Source of the DNA: Myxococcota bacterium
GTDB lineage: Bacteria > Myxococcota_A > Polyangia > Nannocystales > Nannocystaceae
NCBI GenBank assembly: GCA_039028615.1
Contig: JBCCHT010000035.1
Coordinates: forward strand, 1-64,000
Length of the DNA stretch: 64,000 nt
Reading direction: 5' to 3'
Part shown: positions 52,928 to 61,996 of the stretch, piece by piece
Position numbering within the stretch: the first letter of the stretch is position 1
How the letters are laid out: the number at the start of each line of letters is the position of its first letter
The notes under the pieces: model-generated
The model's database searches: none
The model's input: the letters and a program-made list of their open reading frames with translations, nothing else
Told to the model about the DNA's origin: nothing
Made by a program: the position numbers and the translations under genes

Positions 52928-55900
52928 TCAGCTCTCCGCCCAGTCGAGGTCCGCGTGCGCGGCGTTGCTGAGGCTCGACCACTGACCCAGCGCCGCGAGG
53001 CGGGTGAACCGGTTTCGCATGGCGTCCAGCGCCGCGGGGTTCCGCTCCGCGAGAAAGTCCCGCATGTCCTCGTCCCCCAAGGTCGCGTCGTATACGGCAT
53101 CGATGAGCTCACTCGCGACGTCATCGGTGAGCTCGGCGAAGGTGCCGAGGTGCTCGACGGTCGCGGCGATCTCGGCGGCCCCGCGATACCCGTGGCGCCG
53201 CATCGAGGCCAGCCACGCCGGGTTCGTGGCGCGCACGTAGACGACCCGAGCCAGCTCCACGTCGAGGCTTCGGGCTCGCGAGCGCTCTGGGTGCGTCGTA
53301 TCCACGTGATAGGCCGCGATCGTGGCGTCGGTGAGCTGTTGCTTGGCCGCGACGAGCCCGGCCTCATGCGCCGCGTAGTCGGAGGCGAAGAGCAGGTCGC
53401 TCTCCGGCAAGTCCTGCACGTGGGCATAGGCGGCCGCCTCCGTGACCCGAGCCCGGATCCCCTCTGGATCGTGCGCGACGACGCCGCCCTGGTAGCTCCA
53501 GCACGAGGCCGCGAGCCAAGCCTCCGCCGCGTCCCGGCGAGTCTCCTCGAGGTCGCCCTTCGCCTCGGTGGGGAGGCGAACGCCGTAGGTCCCGGGGGCA
53601 GGCCCGTACACCCGCGGCCCCGCCTGCGACCGGAAGGGATTGTCGTCCTCGCCCTCGTCCAGCGTGGCCAGCTCACCCACGAGGCGGTCGAAATGGTTGC
53701 CGAGCTCGGGGAAGACGTCGCGGAAGAGGCCGGACATCCTCAAGGTCACGTCGATCCGAGGCCGACCGAGCTCGCTGAGGGGGACGACCTCGAGATCCCG
53801 GAACCGCCGGGAGCTCGCGTCCCACCGCGGACGCGCTCCGACCAGCCACAGCGCCATCCCGAACTCTTCCCCCGCGGTGCGCATGGTGGCCGACCCCCAC
53901 AGATCCAGGATGACCGTGCGCGGCCAGTCGCCTTCGTCTTGCAGGTGTTGTCGCAGGAACTCGTCCGCGATCTCGACCCCGCGGGCAAAGGCGGTCGGCG
54001 TCGGGACCGACCGCGGGTCGGTGGCATAGAGGTTGCGCCCCGTCGGGAGCACGTCCATTCGGCCACGATAGGGCGACCCCGCCGGGCCTCCGTGCACGAA
54101 CCGGCCGTCCAGGGCATCCAGGAGGCCCTTTCGCTCGCCTTCGGCCGCCTCGCGAAAGCGCCGATCCGCACCGTCGTGCGACCGCCCGTACACGTGAAGG
54201 CCCTCGGCGAACAGGCCATCCTTCACGTCGCAGACGAAGCGATCGATGCGATTGAGCGCCGCCGCGGTGGTGTCGTTGTCCTCGAACCCGAGCGCCTTGC
54301 CCAAGCCCAGCGCCTCGGCCTCGAGGACGACATCATCGCGAAGCCGGATCCGCCGTTCCGGGTGCAGCCCGTCGGCATTCGAAAACTCGTCGAGCAAGGC
54401 CTCGAGGTTTCGCAGCCGCTCCGGTACCCCGTCGCCGCCGAGCGGCGGCGGGACGTGGCCGAGGGTGATCGCGCCGATGCGCCGCTTGGCTTGTGCCGCC
54501 TCGCCGGGATCGTTGACGACGAAGGGATACGCGACCGGCAGTCCTCCGACCAGAGCGGCCGGCCAACAGCGCGAGGACAAGGCCACGGACTTCCCGGGCA
54601 GCCACTCCACGGTCCCGTGCGCCCCCACGTGCACCATCGCGTGAAGCTGCTCGATCTTCCGCAGCCACAAGTACATGGCGACATAGCCGTGGCGAGGCGG
54701 CTGCACGAGGTCGTGGTAGCTCTCCTCCCGCTGCTCCGCGTGGCCGCGCTCGGGCTGAAGCATGAGCAGCGTCCGTCCGCTCCTCGCTCCCCGAAAGCGG
54801 AACGCCCCGTCGAGATACGAGGGATCATCTTCGGGCGAGCCCCAGGTCTCCTGAAGCTCCGCGTGCAGCTCGGCCGGGAGCTCGCCGAGGAGTCGGCGAT
54901 ACTCGTCGCTCGAAAGCCGACCGCACTCTCCCTCCAGCGCACGCGCCAGATCATCCGGCCGGGCCCCCACGTCGTACCCCGCTTCGCCGAGATCCTCGAG
55001 GATCGCCTGCGCCGAGGCGTACGCGTCGAGACCCACCGCGTGCGCGGTATCCCACTCGCGGTTGGGGTACGTGGACAGGACGATGGCGATGCGCCGGTCG
55101 CTCCGCGCCGTCGCCCCCAGCCGCACCCAGCCCTCCACTCGGTCGATCGCCGCCTCCACCCGGTCGGCCTTGGACCGATGCACGGTACGAGCGAACTGGG
55201 TCCGCACGTCCTCTTCGCCTCGCTCCTTGAACGAGACGACGCCGGCGAACACCCGTCCGTCGACCTCGGGCAGGACCACGTGCATCGCGAGGTCCGCGGG
55301 TGAGAGACCGCGAAGGGAGTCGTTCCAGGCGTATTCGGGCGAGGTGGACAGAGCCACCTGAAAGACCGGAGCACAGACGCTCTCCAGCGGCGACTGGCCA
55401 TCGGGGCCCTTGCCGGAGAACGACGTGGCGTTGACGATCGCCACCGGTCGAAGCTGCGGCAGCAGGCTGCGGAGCCACTCGGCTGCCGCCGGCATCTTCA
55501 ACGAGGGAACAAACAGACCCAGCGGGCGGTGGCCTCGCCGCTCGAGTTCGTCGAAAAGCGCCGTGATCGGGCCGAGGTCGTCCGCGACCAAGAACGAGCG
55601 GTAGAAGACCAATGGCACGCACCCCCGCACCGAACTCGGCTCCGGGTGCGGCTGGATCCCCGTGCGCGGGGACCAGGTGCCAAAGTCGGGAGGCGCGACC
55701 GCATCCGGGGAGGGGGCCTGCAGATCCAACGCCCCGGGCTCGAGGCCCGCGGCGCGAGCGAGCTCGGCGAGGGCCACCCGCGTCGTCGTGCCTCCCGCCT
55801 GGCACGCGCGATCGATCCGCTCGAGCGCCTCCGCCGTCACGGTGGCGAGTGCTTCGAGGCGCTCGTCCTTTCGACCATCGGCCGGGACGACGACGAGGGC

Positions 55901-56233
55901 GATCCCTCGTTGGCGGGCGACCGCATGCAGCTGGCGCAATCCGTACTCCCAGTACGGGACCCCGCCAATGAGACGAACGAGGACCCCACGAGCGTGCTGC
56001 AGGGTCTTGTCGATATACAGGTCGACCGAGAGCGGATGAGCGAGCTCCGCGAGGTTCACCATGCGAATCGTGGGCACCGAGCCCTGCGCCGCCGCGCCGT
56101 CCCATGCCTCCGAGAATGCGTTGAGGTCGCTATCGGAGAGTGACAGGACGACGAGATCGGCCGGAGCGTGGCCGAGATCCGCCGGCAGGTCGGTCCCCTC
56201 GAGGGTCAGGCTCTCGCGATAGCTCCCGTGCAT
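52928..56233 (-). CDS. cobN: Cobaltochelatase large subunit
   Basis: HPLSVDLY, VVLPEVDGR, HVGAHGTVEWLPGK, DPGEAAQAKRR, LPTGRNLY, GRPRIDVTLRMSGLFRD and HGYRGAAE. Confidence 0.97.
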   Translation of the reverse strand: MHGSYRESLTLEGTDLPADLGHAPADLVVLSLSDSDLNAFSEAWDGAAAQGSVPTIRMVNLAELAHPLSVDLYIDKTLQHARGVLVRLIGGVPYWEYGLRQLHAVARQRGIALVVVPADGRKDERLEALATVTAEALERIDRACQAGGTTTRVALAELARAAGLEPGALDLQAPSPDAVAPPDFGTWSPRTGIQPHPEPSSVRGCVPLVFYRSFLVADDLGPITALFDELERRGHRPLGLFVPSLKMPAAAEWLRSLLPQLRPVAIVNATSFSGKGPDGQSPLESVCAPVFQVALSTSPEYAWNDSLRGLSPADLAMHVVLPEVDGRVFAGVVSFKERGEEDVRTQFARTVHRSKADRVEAAIDRVEGWVRLGATARSDRRIAIVLSTYPNREWDTAHAVGLDAYASAQAILEDLGEAGYDVGARPDDLARALEGECGRLSSDEYRRLLGELPAELHAELQETWGSPEDDPSYLDGAFRFRGARSGRTLLMLQPERGHAEQREESYHDLVQPPRHGYVAMYLWLRKIEQLHAMVHVGAHGTVEWLPGKSVALSSRCWPAALVGGLPVAYPFVVNDPGEAAQAKRRIGAITLGHVPPPLGGDGVPERLRNLEALLDEFSNADGLHPERRIRLRDDVVLEAEALGLGKALGFEDNDTTAAALNRIDRFVCDVKDGLFAEGLHVYGRSHDGADRRFREAAEGERKGLLDALDGRFVHGGPAGSPYRGRMDVLPTGRNLYATDPRSVPTPTAFARGVEIADEFLRQHLQDEGDWPRTVILDLWGSATMRTAGEEFGMALWLVGARPRWDASSRRFRDLEVVPLSELGRPRIDVTLRMSGLFRDVFPELGNHFDRLVGELATLDEGEDDNPFRSQAGPRVYGPAPGTYGVRLPTEAKGDLEETRRDAAEAWLAASCWSYQGGVVAHDPEGIRARVTEAAAYAHVQDLPESDLLFASDYAAHEAGLVAAKQQLTDATIAAYHVDTTHPERSRARSLDVELARVVYVRATNPAWLASMRRHGYRGAAEIAATVEHLGTFAELTDDVASELIDAVYDATLGDEDMRDFLAERNPAALDAMRNRFTRLAALGQWSSLSNAAHADLDWAES

Positions 56234-56240
56234 TCGTGCC

Positions 56241-57287
56241 TCAGGCCCCGGGTTCGCTCGCGAGCGCCGCGCGAATGGCCTCGACGTCCAGCGCGTCGTG
56301 CTCGGCGATGAATACGAGACGTCCCGCTCGAGCGCTCTGCTCCCAGGCGGGACCGAAGCTCTTTTCCATGCGGCTGCCCACCCCCTGGATCAGCAGCTTG
56401 CGGGGCTTGCCCTCGACCGCGACGTAGCCCTTGATTCGAAGGACCCGGTGGCGCTCGGCGAGCGACGACAGATGAGCCACGAAGCGGTCTCGGTCCCGGA
56501 CCTCGCCGACCTCGAACACCACGCTCTCGAAATCGTCGTGGTCGTGATCGTCTTCACCGTCGTGGTGCGAGGGTCGAGCGTCCAGGTCGTTCTCGGCCGC
56601 CGCGTCGAGGCCCAGGACCACCATGGGGTCGATCTGGCCTCGAGAGATTTCGAGCACGCGAACCTCCCGCGGCGAGGCCTCTTCGATCTTCTTGCGGGCA
56701 AGGTCGATGGCGTCGCGGTCCACGAGGTCCGTCTTCGTCAACAGCACGAGGTCCGCACACGCGACCTGGTCCTCGAAGACCTCGGCGAGCGGGGTCTCGT
56801 GGCTGACGTTCTCGTCCGCCTCGCGCTGGGCCTGCACCGCCTCGACGTTGGTGGCGAAACGGCCGGCGGAGACCGCCTCGGCGTCGGCCAGCGTGATCAC
56901 CCCGTCGATCGTGATCTTGGAGCGGATCGTCGGCCACTCGAAGGCCTTCAGCAGCGGCTTGGGCAGGGCGAGGCCCGAAGTCTCGACGACGATGTGCTCG
57001 GGACGGGGCTCCATCTCCAGCAGCGCGTTGACCGTGGGGACGAAATCCTTGGCCACGGTGCAGCAGATGCAGCCATTGGCCAGCTCGACGATGTTGTCCA
57101 CCGGGCAGTCCGGGACGGCGCAGTCCTTGAGCACGTCACCATCCACGCCCGCATCGCCGAACTCGTTGACGATGATCGCGAGCCGACGACCTTGCACGTT
57201 GGTCAGCAACTCGCGGACCAGCGTGGTCTTGCCGGCGCCGAGGAATCCGGTGAGGACGGTGACAGGGGTCTTTTGCAGGTTCTCCAT
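56241..57287 (-). CDS. cobW: COG0523 G3E GTPase cobalt chaperone CobW
   Basis: TGFLGAGKTT, IVNEFG, LANGCICCTV, ETSGLALPKPL and His-rich HHDGEDDHDHDDFES. Confidence 0.95.
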   Translation of the reverse strand: MENLQKTPVTVLTGFLGAGKTTLVRELLTNVQGRRLAIIVNEFGDAGVDGDVLKDCAVPDCPVDNIVELANGCICCTVAKDFVPTVNALLEMEPRPEHIVVETSGLALPKPLLKAFEWPTIRSKITIDGVITLADAEAVSAGRFATNVEAVQAQREADENVSHETPLAEVFEDQVACADLVLLTKTDLVDRDAIDLARKKIEEASPREVRVLEISRGQIDPMVVLGLDAAAENDLDARPSHHDGEDDHDHDDFESVVFEVGEVRDRDRFVAHLSSLAERHRVLRIKGYVAVEGKPRKLLIQGVGSRMEKSFGPAWEQSARAGRLVFIAEHDALDVEAIRAALASEPGA

Positions 57288-57291
57288 GAGA

Positions 57292-57696
57292 TCAATCTCC
57301 GGGCGGAAGTCGGGCGATGCAGTGCTTTCGAAAGTGAACGGGTCGCTCACGCCAGGGGACGAGACCGTCCGAGGTCGCGACGTAGCGAGCCAAGCCCTCG
57401 AGGATCACGTCCTCTTGGCCCTCGGGCTGAACATCGCCGTACACGTAGCTCCAGCGCGATCGACCGCGAAGCGCGACCGTGCATCCGCGTGAGCAGTTCG
57501 ACAGGCACTCCACCGGTACCAGCGAAGTCCCCTCGGGCAACGACCCCTTCGCGAGTCGCTCGTGGAGTCGAGCTCCAGCGCGCACGGTGGGATTGGGTGG
57601 GTCGTCTGGATGCCTGCACTTGATGCACACCAAAAGCTGCGCCGGTACGAGCACATCGCCCTCAGGAGCGCGCGACGCGCCAGGTTCACCGCTCAT
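57292..57696 (-). CDS. DUF1636-family metal-binding protein (cob-cluster associated)
   Basis: VCIKCR, VECLSNCSRGCTVAL, WSYVYGD and PWRERP...ARLPP. Confidence 0.85.
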   Translation of the reverse strand: MSGEPGASRAPEGDVLVPAQLLVCIKCRHPDDPPNPTVRAGARLHERLAKGSLPEGTSLVPVECLSNCSRGCTVALRGRSRWSYVYGDVQPEGQEDVILEGLARYVATSDGLVPWRERPVHFRKHCIARLPPGD

Positions 57697-57704
57697 CGTG
57701 AGCG

Positions 57705-57733
57705 AGGCTAAAGGTGGTGCACGAGAGCGTCAA
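57705..57733 (-). promoter_or_regulatory. Putative sigma70-type promoter for the DUF1636-cobW-cobN operon
   Basis: Minus strand TTGACG-N17-TAGCCT, ending 8 nt before the DUF1636 ATG. Confidence 0.55.
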
Positions 57734-57860
57734 TGAGGGACGCAAGGTTGTCGCAGAGCTCGAAACGCCGACGCGGTGAGGCCCCGGACGATCGCGCCCT
57801 CGATCTCACCCGAAGGTCGTTGACGGACCGGACCCTCGCCGCTATCAGCATCGTCACTCG

Positions 57861-58421
57861 ATGGCGCTCATCCTGATCGGCGGCGGAGCCCGCAGCGGCA
57901 AGAGCAGCTTCGCCGTGCACCGTGCGCTCGCAGCCGGTCCGAGCCGGCTGTTCATCGCCACCGCCCGAGCCTACGACGAAGAGATGGAGGCTCGGATCGC
58001 CGCGCATCGGGCCGAGCGCTCCGACGCGTTCCGCACCATCGAGGCACCAGTCGATCTCCATGCAGCACTCGACTCCGCGATCGCCGAGCGCCCCGACGCA
58101 ATCGTCATCGACTGCCTCACCCTGTGGATGTCCAACCTCCTCCTGGACGAGCAGCCGCCGTCCGCCATCCTCGATCGGGCGCTGGAGATCGGCAAGGCGG
58201 CCACCGCTGCCCCCGTTCCGATCCTCGTGGTCACCAATGAAGTGGGAATGGGCGTCGTGCCCATGTCGGCCCTCGGCCGGACCTTCCGCGACGTCGCCGG
58301 CTCCGCTCACCAACGGCTCTCCAGTGTGGCGGACGAGGTGTGGTTCGCGGTGATGGGCCTGATGCTCCGTCTCGTACCGGGGCCGCTCGAGGCTGTTCCC
58401 GCCTCGACCTTTCGGCCCTAG
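57861..58421 (+). CDS. cobU: Bifunctional adenosylcobinamide kinase / cobinamide-phosphate guanylyltransferase (CobU / CobP)
   Basis: GGARSGKSSFA, FIATA, EMEARIAAHR, IDCLTLWMSN, VTNEVGMGVVP and RTFRD. Confidence 0.95.
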   Translation: MALILIGGGARSGKSSFAVHRALAAGPSRLFIATARAYDEEMEARIAAHRAERSDAFRTIEAPVDLHAALDSAIAERPDAIVIDCLTLWMSNLLLDEQPPSAILDRALEIGKAATAAPVPILVVTNEVGMGVVPMSALGRTFRDVAGSAHQRLSSVADEVWFAVMGLMLRLVPGPLEAVPASTFRP

Positions 58422-58463
58422 CCCCGCCCGTCTGGGGGTCCACCGAGGCCCGGCCGAGCGCGG

Positions 58464-58856
58464 TCAGTACTCGTCGGACGCACCGAACTCGTGCGTGAGC
58501 TCGACGAGCTCGAACAGGTTGCCCTTCGGGTCCGCGCAGGTCACCACCATGCCATAGCCTTCGTCGTGCGGGGCTGTGACAATCGTCGCGCCCAGCGACT
58601 GCACCGTGGGCAAGTGTTCATCCAGCGAGGTCACGGCGAACGCAACCGGGGTCGCGCGCCCCGGCCCGTGACCTCCGAAGTTCGACGGCGGGTGGATGGC
58701 GAAGTGGACCTGCCCGATGTCGACGCCGTAGTGCAGGTCCAGCCCGTCGTGGTCCTCGCGCTCGAAGGTCAGCCCGAGCCCCTCGCGATAGAACCTCGCG
58801 AGCCCCTCCACGTCATCGGTGACCAGGATGACCCCACAGATCGACTTCACGGCCAT
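58464..58856 (-). CDS. VOC (glyoxalase/bleomycin resistance) family protein
   Basis: VTDDVEGLARFYREGLGL, AFAVTSLD and DPKGNLFELVE. Confidence 0.85.
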   Translation of the reverse strand: MAVKSICGVILVTDDVEGLARFYREGLGLTFEREDHDGLDLHYGVDIGQVHFAIHPPSNFGGHGPGRATPVAFAVTSLDEHLPTVQSLGATIVTAPHDEGYGMVVTCADPKGNLFELVELTHEFGASDEY

Positions 58857-59010
58857 GCGGTACGACCGTCGCATGGTCCCGTAGCAATTCGCCAGGCGCT
58901 CACAGAGCCTGCGCTCGCAGCGGCCCGACCATGAGAAACCTCCCGGAATGCGGCAGCGATCGAACGCCCTGCGGTCGACACTCGTGAAGACCCAACACCA
59001 CGAGCTCGTC

Positions 59011-59613
59011 ATGGCTTATTCCCGATCCATCAACCGTACCCCCTTTGTTTGGCTGGCCGCACTGGCCGTGGGCGCCGTGGCCGGCTGCCTCGGCTCTTCC
59101 GCCGATGGCGACAGCGAGGACCTGTGTGGCTGCTTCGAGACCAACGGCGTCGACTCGTTCTCCGTGAGCTGCTCGTTCGCGGAGGACTATGGCAACTGCG
59201 GGACCTATGAGGTCCTCGAAGAACACGAGTGCCCCGATAGCCAGGGCGACTGCATCCCCCCGGACCTCGAGGCCTCGAACGCACCGGTCGTGCAGTGCAT
59301 CTTGGAGCGATTCGCGAGCGGCGAACCGGGGACCTTCAAGTTCCACACTTCCGAGTACTCCGGGCAGAACCGACTCACCGACCACTACGTGCTCACCGAC
59401 GAGGGCACGGTGCTCGCGTGGAGCTACGACCTCGAGGACCTCAACACCGTGGTCTCGGCGGTACAACATCGACAGGCCCCGACCGCGGCGGCCCTCGAGG
59501 ACTGCGAAGCCTCGAGCGAAGCCCACGACCAGTGGCGGTGCATCGAGGCCGCGGTGGCGGGCGCTCCAGTCATCGAGACCTGCACCGACGACTTGCTATG
59601 GACTGACTACTGA
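59011..59613 (+). CDS. Cys-rich hypothetical lipoprotein
   Basis: Lipobox AVAGC. Acidic, Cys-rich mature part. Confidence 0.75.
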   Translation: MAYSRSINRTPFVWLAALAVGAVAGCLGSSADGDSEDLCGCFETNGVDSFSVSCSFAEDYGNCGTYEVLEEHECPDSQGDCIPPDLEASNAPVVQCILERFASGEPGTFKFHTSEYSGQNRLTDHYVLTDEGTVLAWSYDLEDLNTVVSAVQHRQAPTAAALEDCEASSEAHDQWRCIEAAVAGAPVIETCTDDLLWTDY

Positions 59614-59888
59614 CGGTCGTGCGCGAGGAATCGGCGAGGGGCGCCTTCGGTGCCCTGAGATCTCGAGCCAAGGCCCTCGGCTAGACCTTCGAACTTCCTC
59701 GGGGTTGCTCCGAGCAGCAGGCCACCCCTGCCAACCTTGGACCGGCCGCCGAAGAAAGCCGTGGGCCAGCGACGGCGTACTCGAGGGCGGCGCCCCGCTT
59801 CCTCATGGACGGCCCGCCCCCGCTCATCCGCGAGTGATCTCGGTAGGTTACAAGCCGGATACGCCAGTCCGTGGCCGCATCGTGACCC

Positions 59889-60827
59889 ATGGATCGCGGC
59901 ACGCCGATCGCACGATTCACTCATGACTGCGATCGCCGAGTCTGCGACGATCGCATCGCCATGCCACTCGCCGGGTCACCTCGTCGTGAACGCAGCCGCG
60001 CCCCCACCTGCTCGCGCCTGGTCGCCTACGGCTCGCAGTCCCTCGACCGAGCTGTATCCGAGACTCCGCCGCGCCCGCATATCGCCGCGATGTTGCTCGC
60101 CCTGCCGCTATTTGGCTGCCCCGGCGACGATTCCACGCCGATGACCACGGCTTCGAATGGCACCGACACGAACGCCTCGACCGGGAGCGCCACGACAGTC
60201 GGACCGAGCACGGGCTCGATCGGCACCGACGACGACACGGGTGAAGACCAGACCTCGCTCGACGGCGACGAGTCCTCGGGCGCCCCGGCCGAGCCGGTCG
60301 AGGTCATCGGCCCCTACTCGATCTTCGCCACCCCCACCGCGGGCACGATCGTGGGCGAGCCCGACGATCCGGCAGTCTTCCTGCCGCTGCACATCGTCGA
60401 CGTCCCGATCTCGATCTCGGAGGCGTTCTCCGGCACTCCCGTGCTCGACGACGGCTGGTCCCCGCTGTCCATCGGGCAGCAGCTCAACCTGGAGTTTGCC
60501 CCCGGCACCCTGACCAACGTCGACGGCCCCGACCTGCTGCTGTTCAGCTCCTACCCCGCCGACGTCGACGAATACACCCTCTCGGTCGGCAACGACGACT
60601 TCTCCGCCACCGTGGACGTCGACGACGCCACCGCGACGACCGTGGCCACCAAGGTCCAGTACTTTCTCGTCGGCTACGGCGGGCCCTACCCCACCGACGT
60701 CTTGGCGCTCGAGATCGATCTGGCGGAGCTCGGGCTCGGGGCAGGCGAGGAGGTTACGTCGGTGAGGGTGCAGTGCCGGAATGATGGCTGCGATCCGCTG
60801 GGCGTGGTCTCGCTGTCGCCTCGGTGA
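59889..60827 (+). CDS. Hypothetical lipoprotein with S/T-rich linker (start uncertain)
   Basis: Lipobox LPLFGC, linker TTASNGTDTNASTGS, beta-rich domain ending IDLAELGL...CDPLGV. Confidence 0.7.
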   Translation: MDRGTPIARFTHDCDRRVCDDRIAMPLAGSPRRERSRAPTCSRLVAYGSQSLDRAVSETPPRPHIAAMLLALPLFGCPGDDSTPMTTASNGTDTNASTGSATTVGPSTGSIGTDDDTGEDQTSLDGDESSGAPAEPVEVIGPYSIFATPTAGTIVGEPDDPAVFLPLHIVDVPISISEAFSGTPVLDDGWSPLSIGQQLNLEFAPGTLTNVDGPDLLLFSSYPADVDEYTLSVGNDDFSATVDVDDATATTVATKVQYFLVGYGGPYPTDVLALEIDLAELGLGAGEEVTSVRVQCRNDGCDPLGVVSLSPR

Positions 60828-61010
60828 TCGAATAATCCCGGTACCGAGCCGGCACCCTCGAGATGGAGCGCTCGTCTCCCAGCGCGTCCTCGTCGTCGCC
60901 ACGGGTGTTTCCGCACGCCCACCAACCAAACCGCCAGAAAAAAATCCGACCACGGCTGAGCGGATCGAAGGTCGGTGGGTACCCCTACCTCGCGCATTGC
61001 AACGCGAGGC

Positions 61011-61961
61011 ATGGCCCTTTCCCCGACAACGGTCGTCTGGTTGGTATTGCTCGTAGCGGCGGTCTACGTCGGCTACCGGGTGGCGTACTTCCTGCGCGGG
61101 CTCACCATGCTGTCCGGGCTGGCGGAAGACGTCGGTGACTTCTACGGGAAGGTCTTCGATCGGAACTGGTCGCAGGTGCTGGCGCGCCGGCCCGAGGACG
61201 AGGGTTGGTGCTCGGTCGGCTTGTGGCCGGCCCCCGATGGTTACGGTCAAGCGTGCGGGCAGCTCGTCGATCGCATGCTGGAGCAGTGCAGAATGGACCA
61301 GGTCCAACACTTGCTCGATGTCGGCTGTGGTCGTGGCAACTCGACGCAGCGTATCGCCAGCGCGTATCCACACATCAACATCGTCGGCATCGATGTGACG
61401 CCAGAGCACGTGGCCATCGCCCGGGAGCGCTTCCGGGGCCGCCAGGAGGCGGTCGAGTTCGTGAACGCAGACGCGACCGACTTGTCCATGGTCGCCGACA
61501 GCTCCCAAGACATCGTGTTTGCCTTGGAGTGTGCATTCCACTTCGATACGCGGAAGAAATTCCTGAGGGAAGCACTCCGCGTGCTGCGACCCGGTGGGCG
61601 TGCCGTCTTGGCCGACATCTGCAGCGAGCGTCGCTCTCGGGCCCTGCACAAGAAGGCCTGGCCCGCGATCGCTGCCATCGCCAACAGAATATCGCGAGGA
61701 CTCGGTGTACCCGTCGCCAACATCATGGACATCGACGAGTACCGCGAAATGGTGGCCAGCCTCGGTTTCTCGGAGACCTCGGTCGTCGACATCAACGCGG
61801 ATACATCGGAGCCGTTCTCGCGCCATGCCCTTCATTGCCTGAAGGAGTCGGACGCAGTGGGCCATGCCCTGGACCCGCGCTTTCGAGCCTACGCCGAGCA
61901 CAATTGGCACTACATTCTTCCCAGGTCATCGAGATATCTCCTCGTGGCGCTCACCAAGTGA
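61011..61961 (+). CDS. Class I SAM-dependent methyltransferase with N-terminal TM anchor
   Basis: LLDVGCGRG, VGIDVT, ADATDL and ALECAFHFDTR...LRVLRPGGRAVLAD. Confidence 0.9.
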   Translation: MALSPTTVVWLVLLVAAVYVGYRVAYFLRGLTMLSGLAEDVGDFYGKVFDRNWSQVLARRPEDEGWCSVGLWPAPDGYGQACGQLVDRMLEQCRMDQVQHLLDVGCGRGNSTQRIASAYPHINIVGIDVTPEHVAIARERFRGRQEAVEFVNADATDLSMVADSSQDIVFALECAFHFDTRKKFLREALRVLRPGGRAVLADICSERRSRALHKKAWPAIAAIANRISRGLGVPVANIMDIDEYREMVASLGFSETSVVDINADTSEPFSRHALHCLKESDAVGHALDPRFRAYAEHNWHYILPRSSRYLLVALTK

Positions 61962-61996
61962 TCGCCCGAGTCTTCCTCCTTTCACGTAACCCCCCG

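Noticed and set aside
52478..55303. 941-aa plus-strand ORF and similar long ORFs opposite cob genes (e.g. 40661-42694, 47761-49155)
   Set aside because: They overlap well-supported cob genes on the opposite strand and carry no recognisable motifs.
61205..61996. N-terminal extension of the 736-aa ORF (and similar extensions on the cobD, cobO, cobB, cobG and cobI ORFs)
   Set aside because: The extensions overlap upstream genes in another frame. Starts were reassigned to where family motifs begin.
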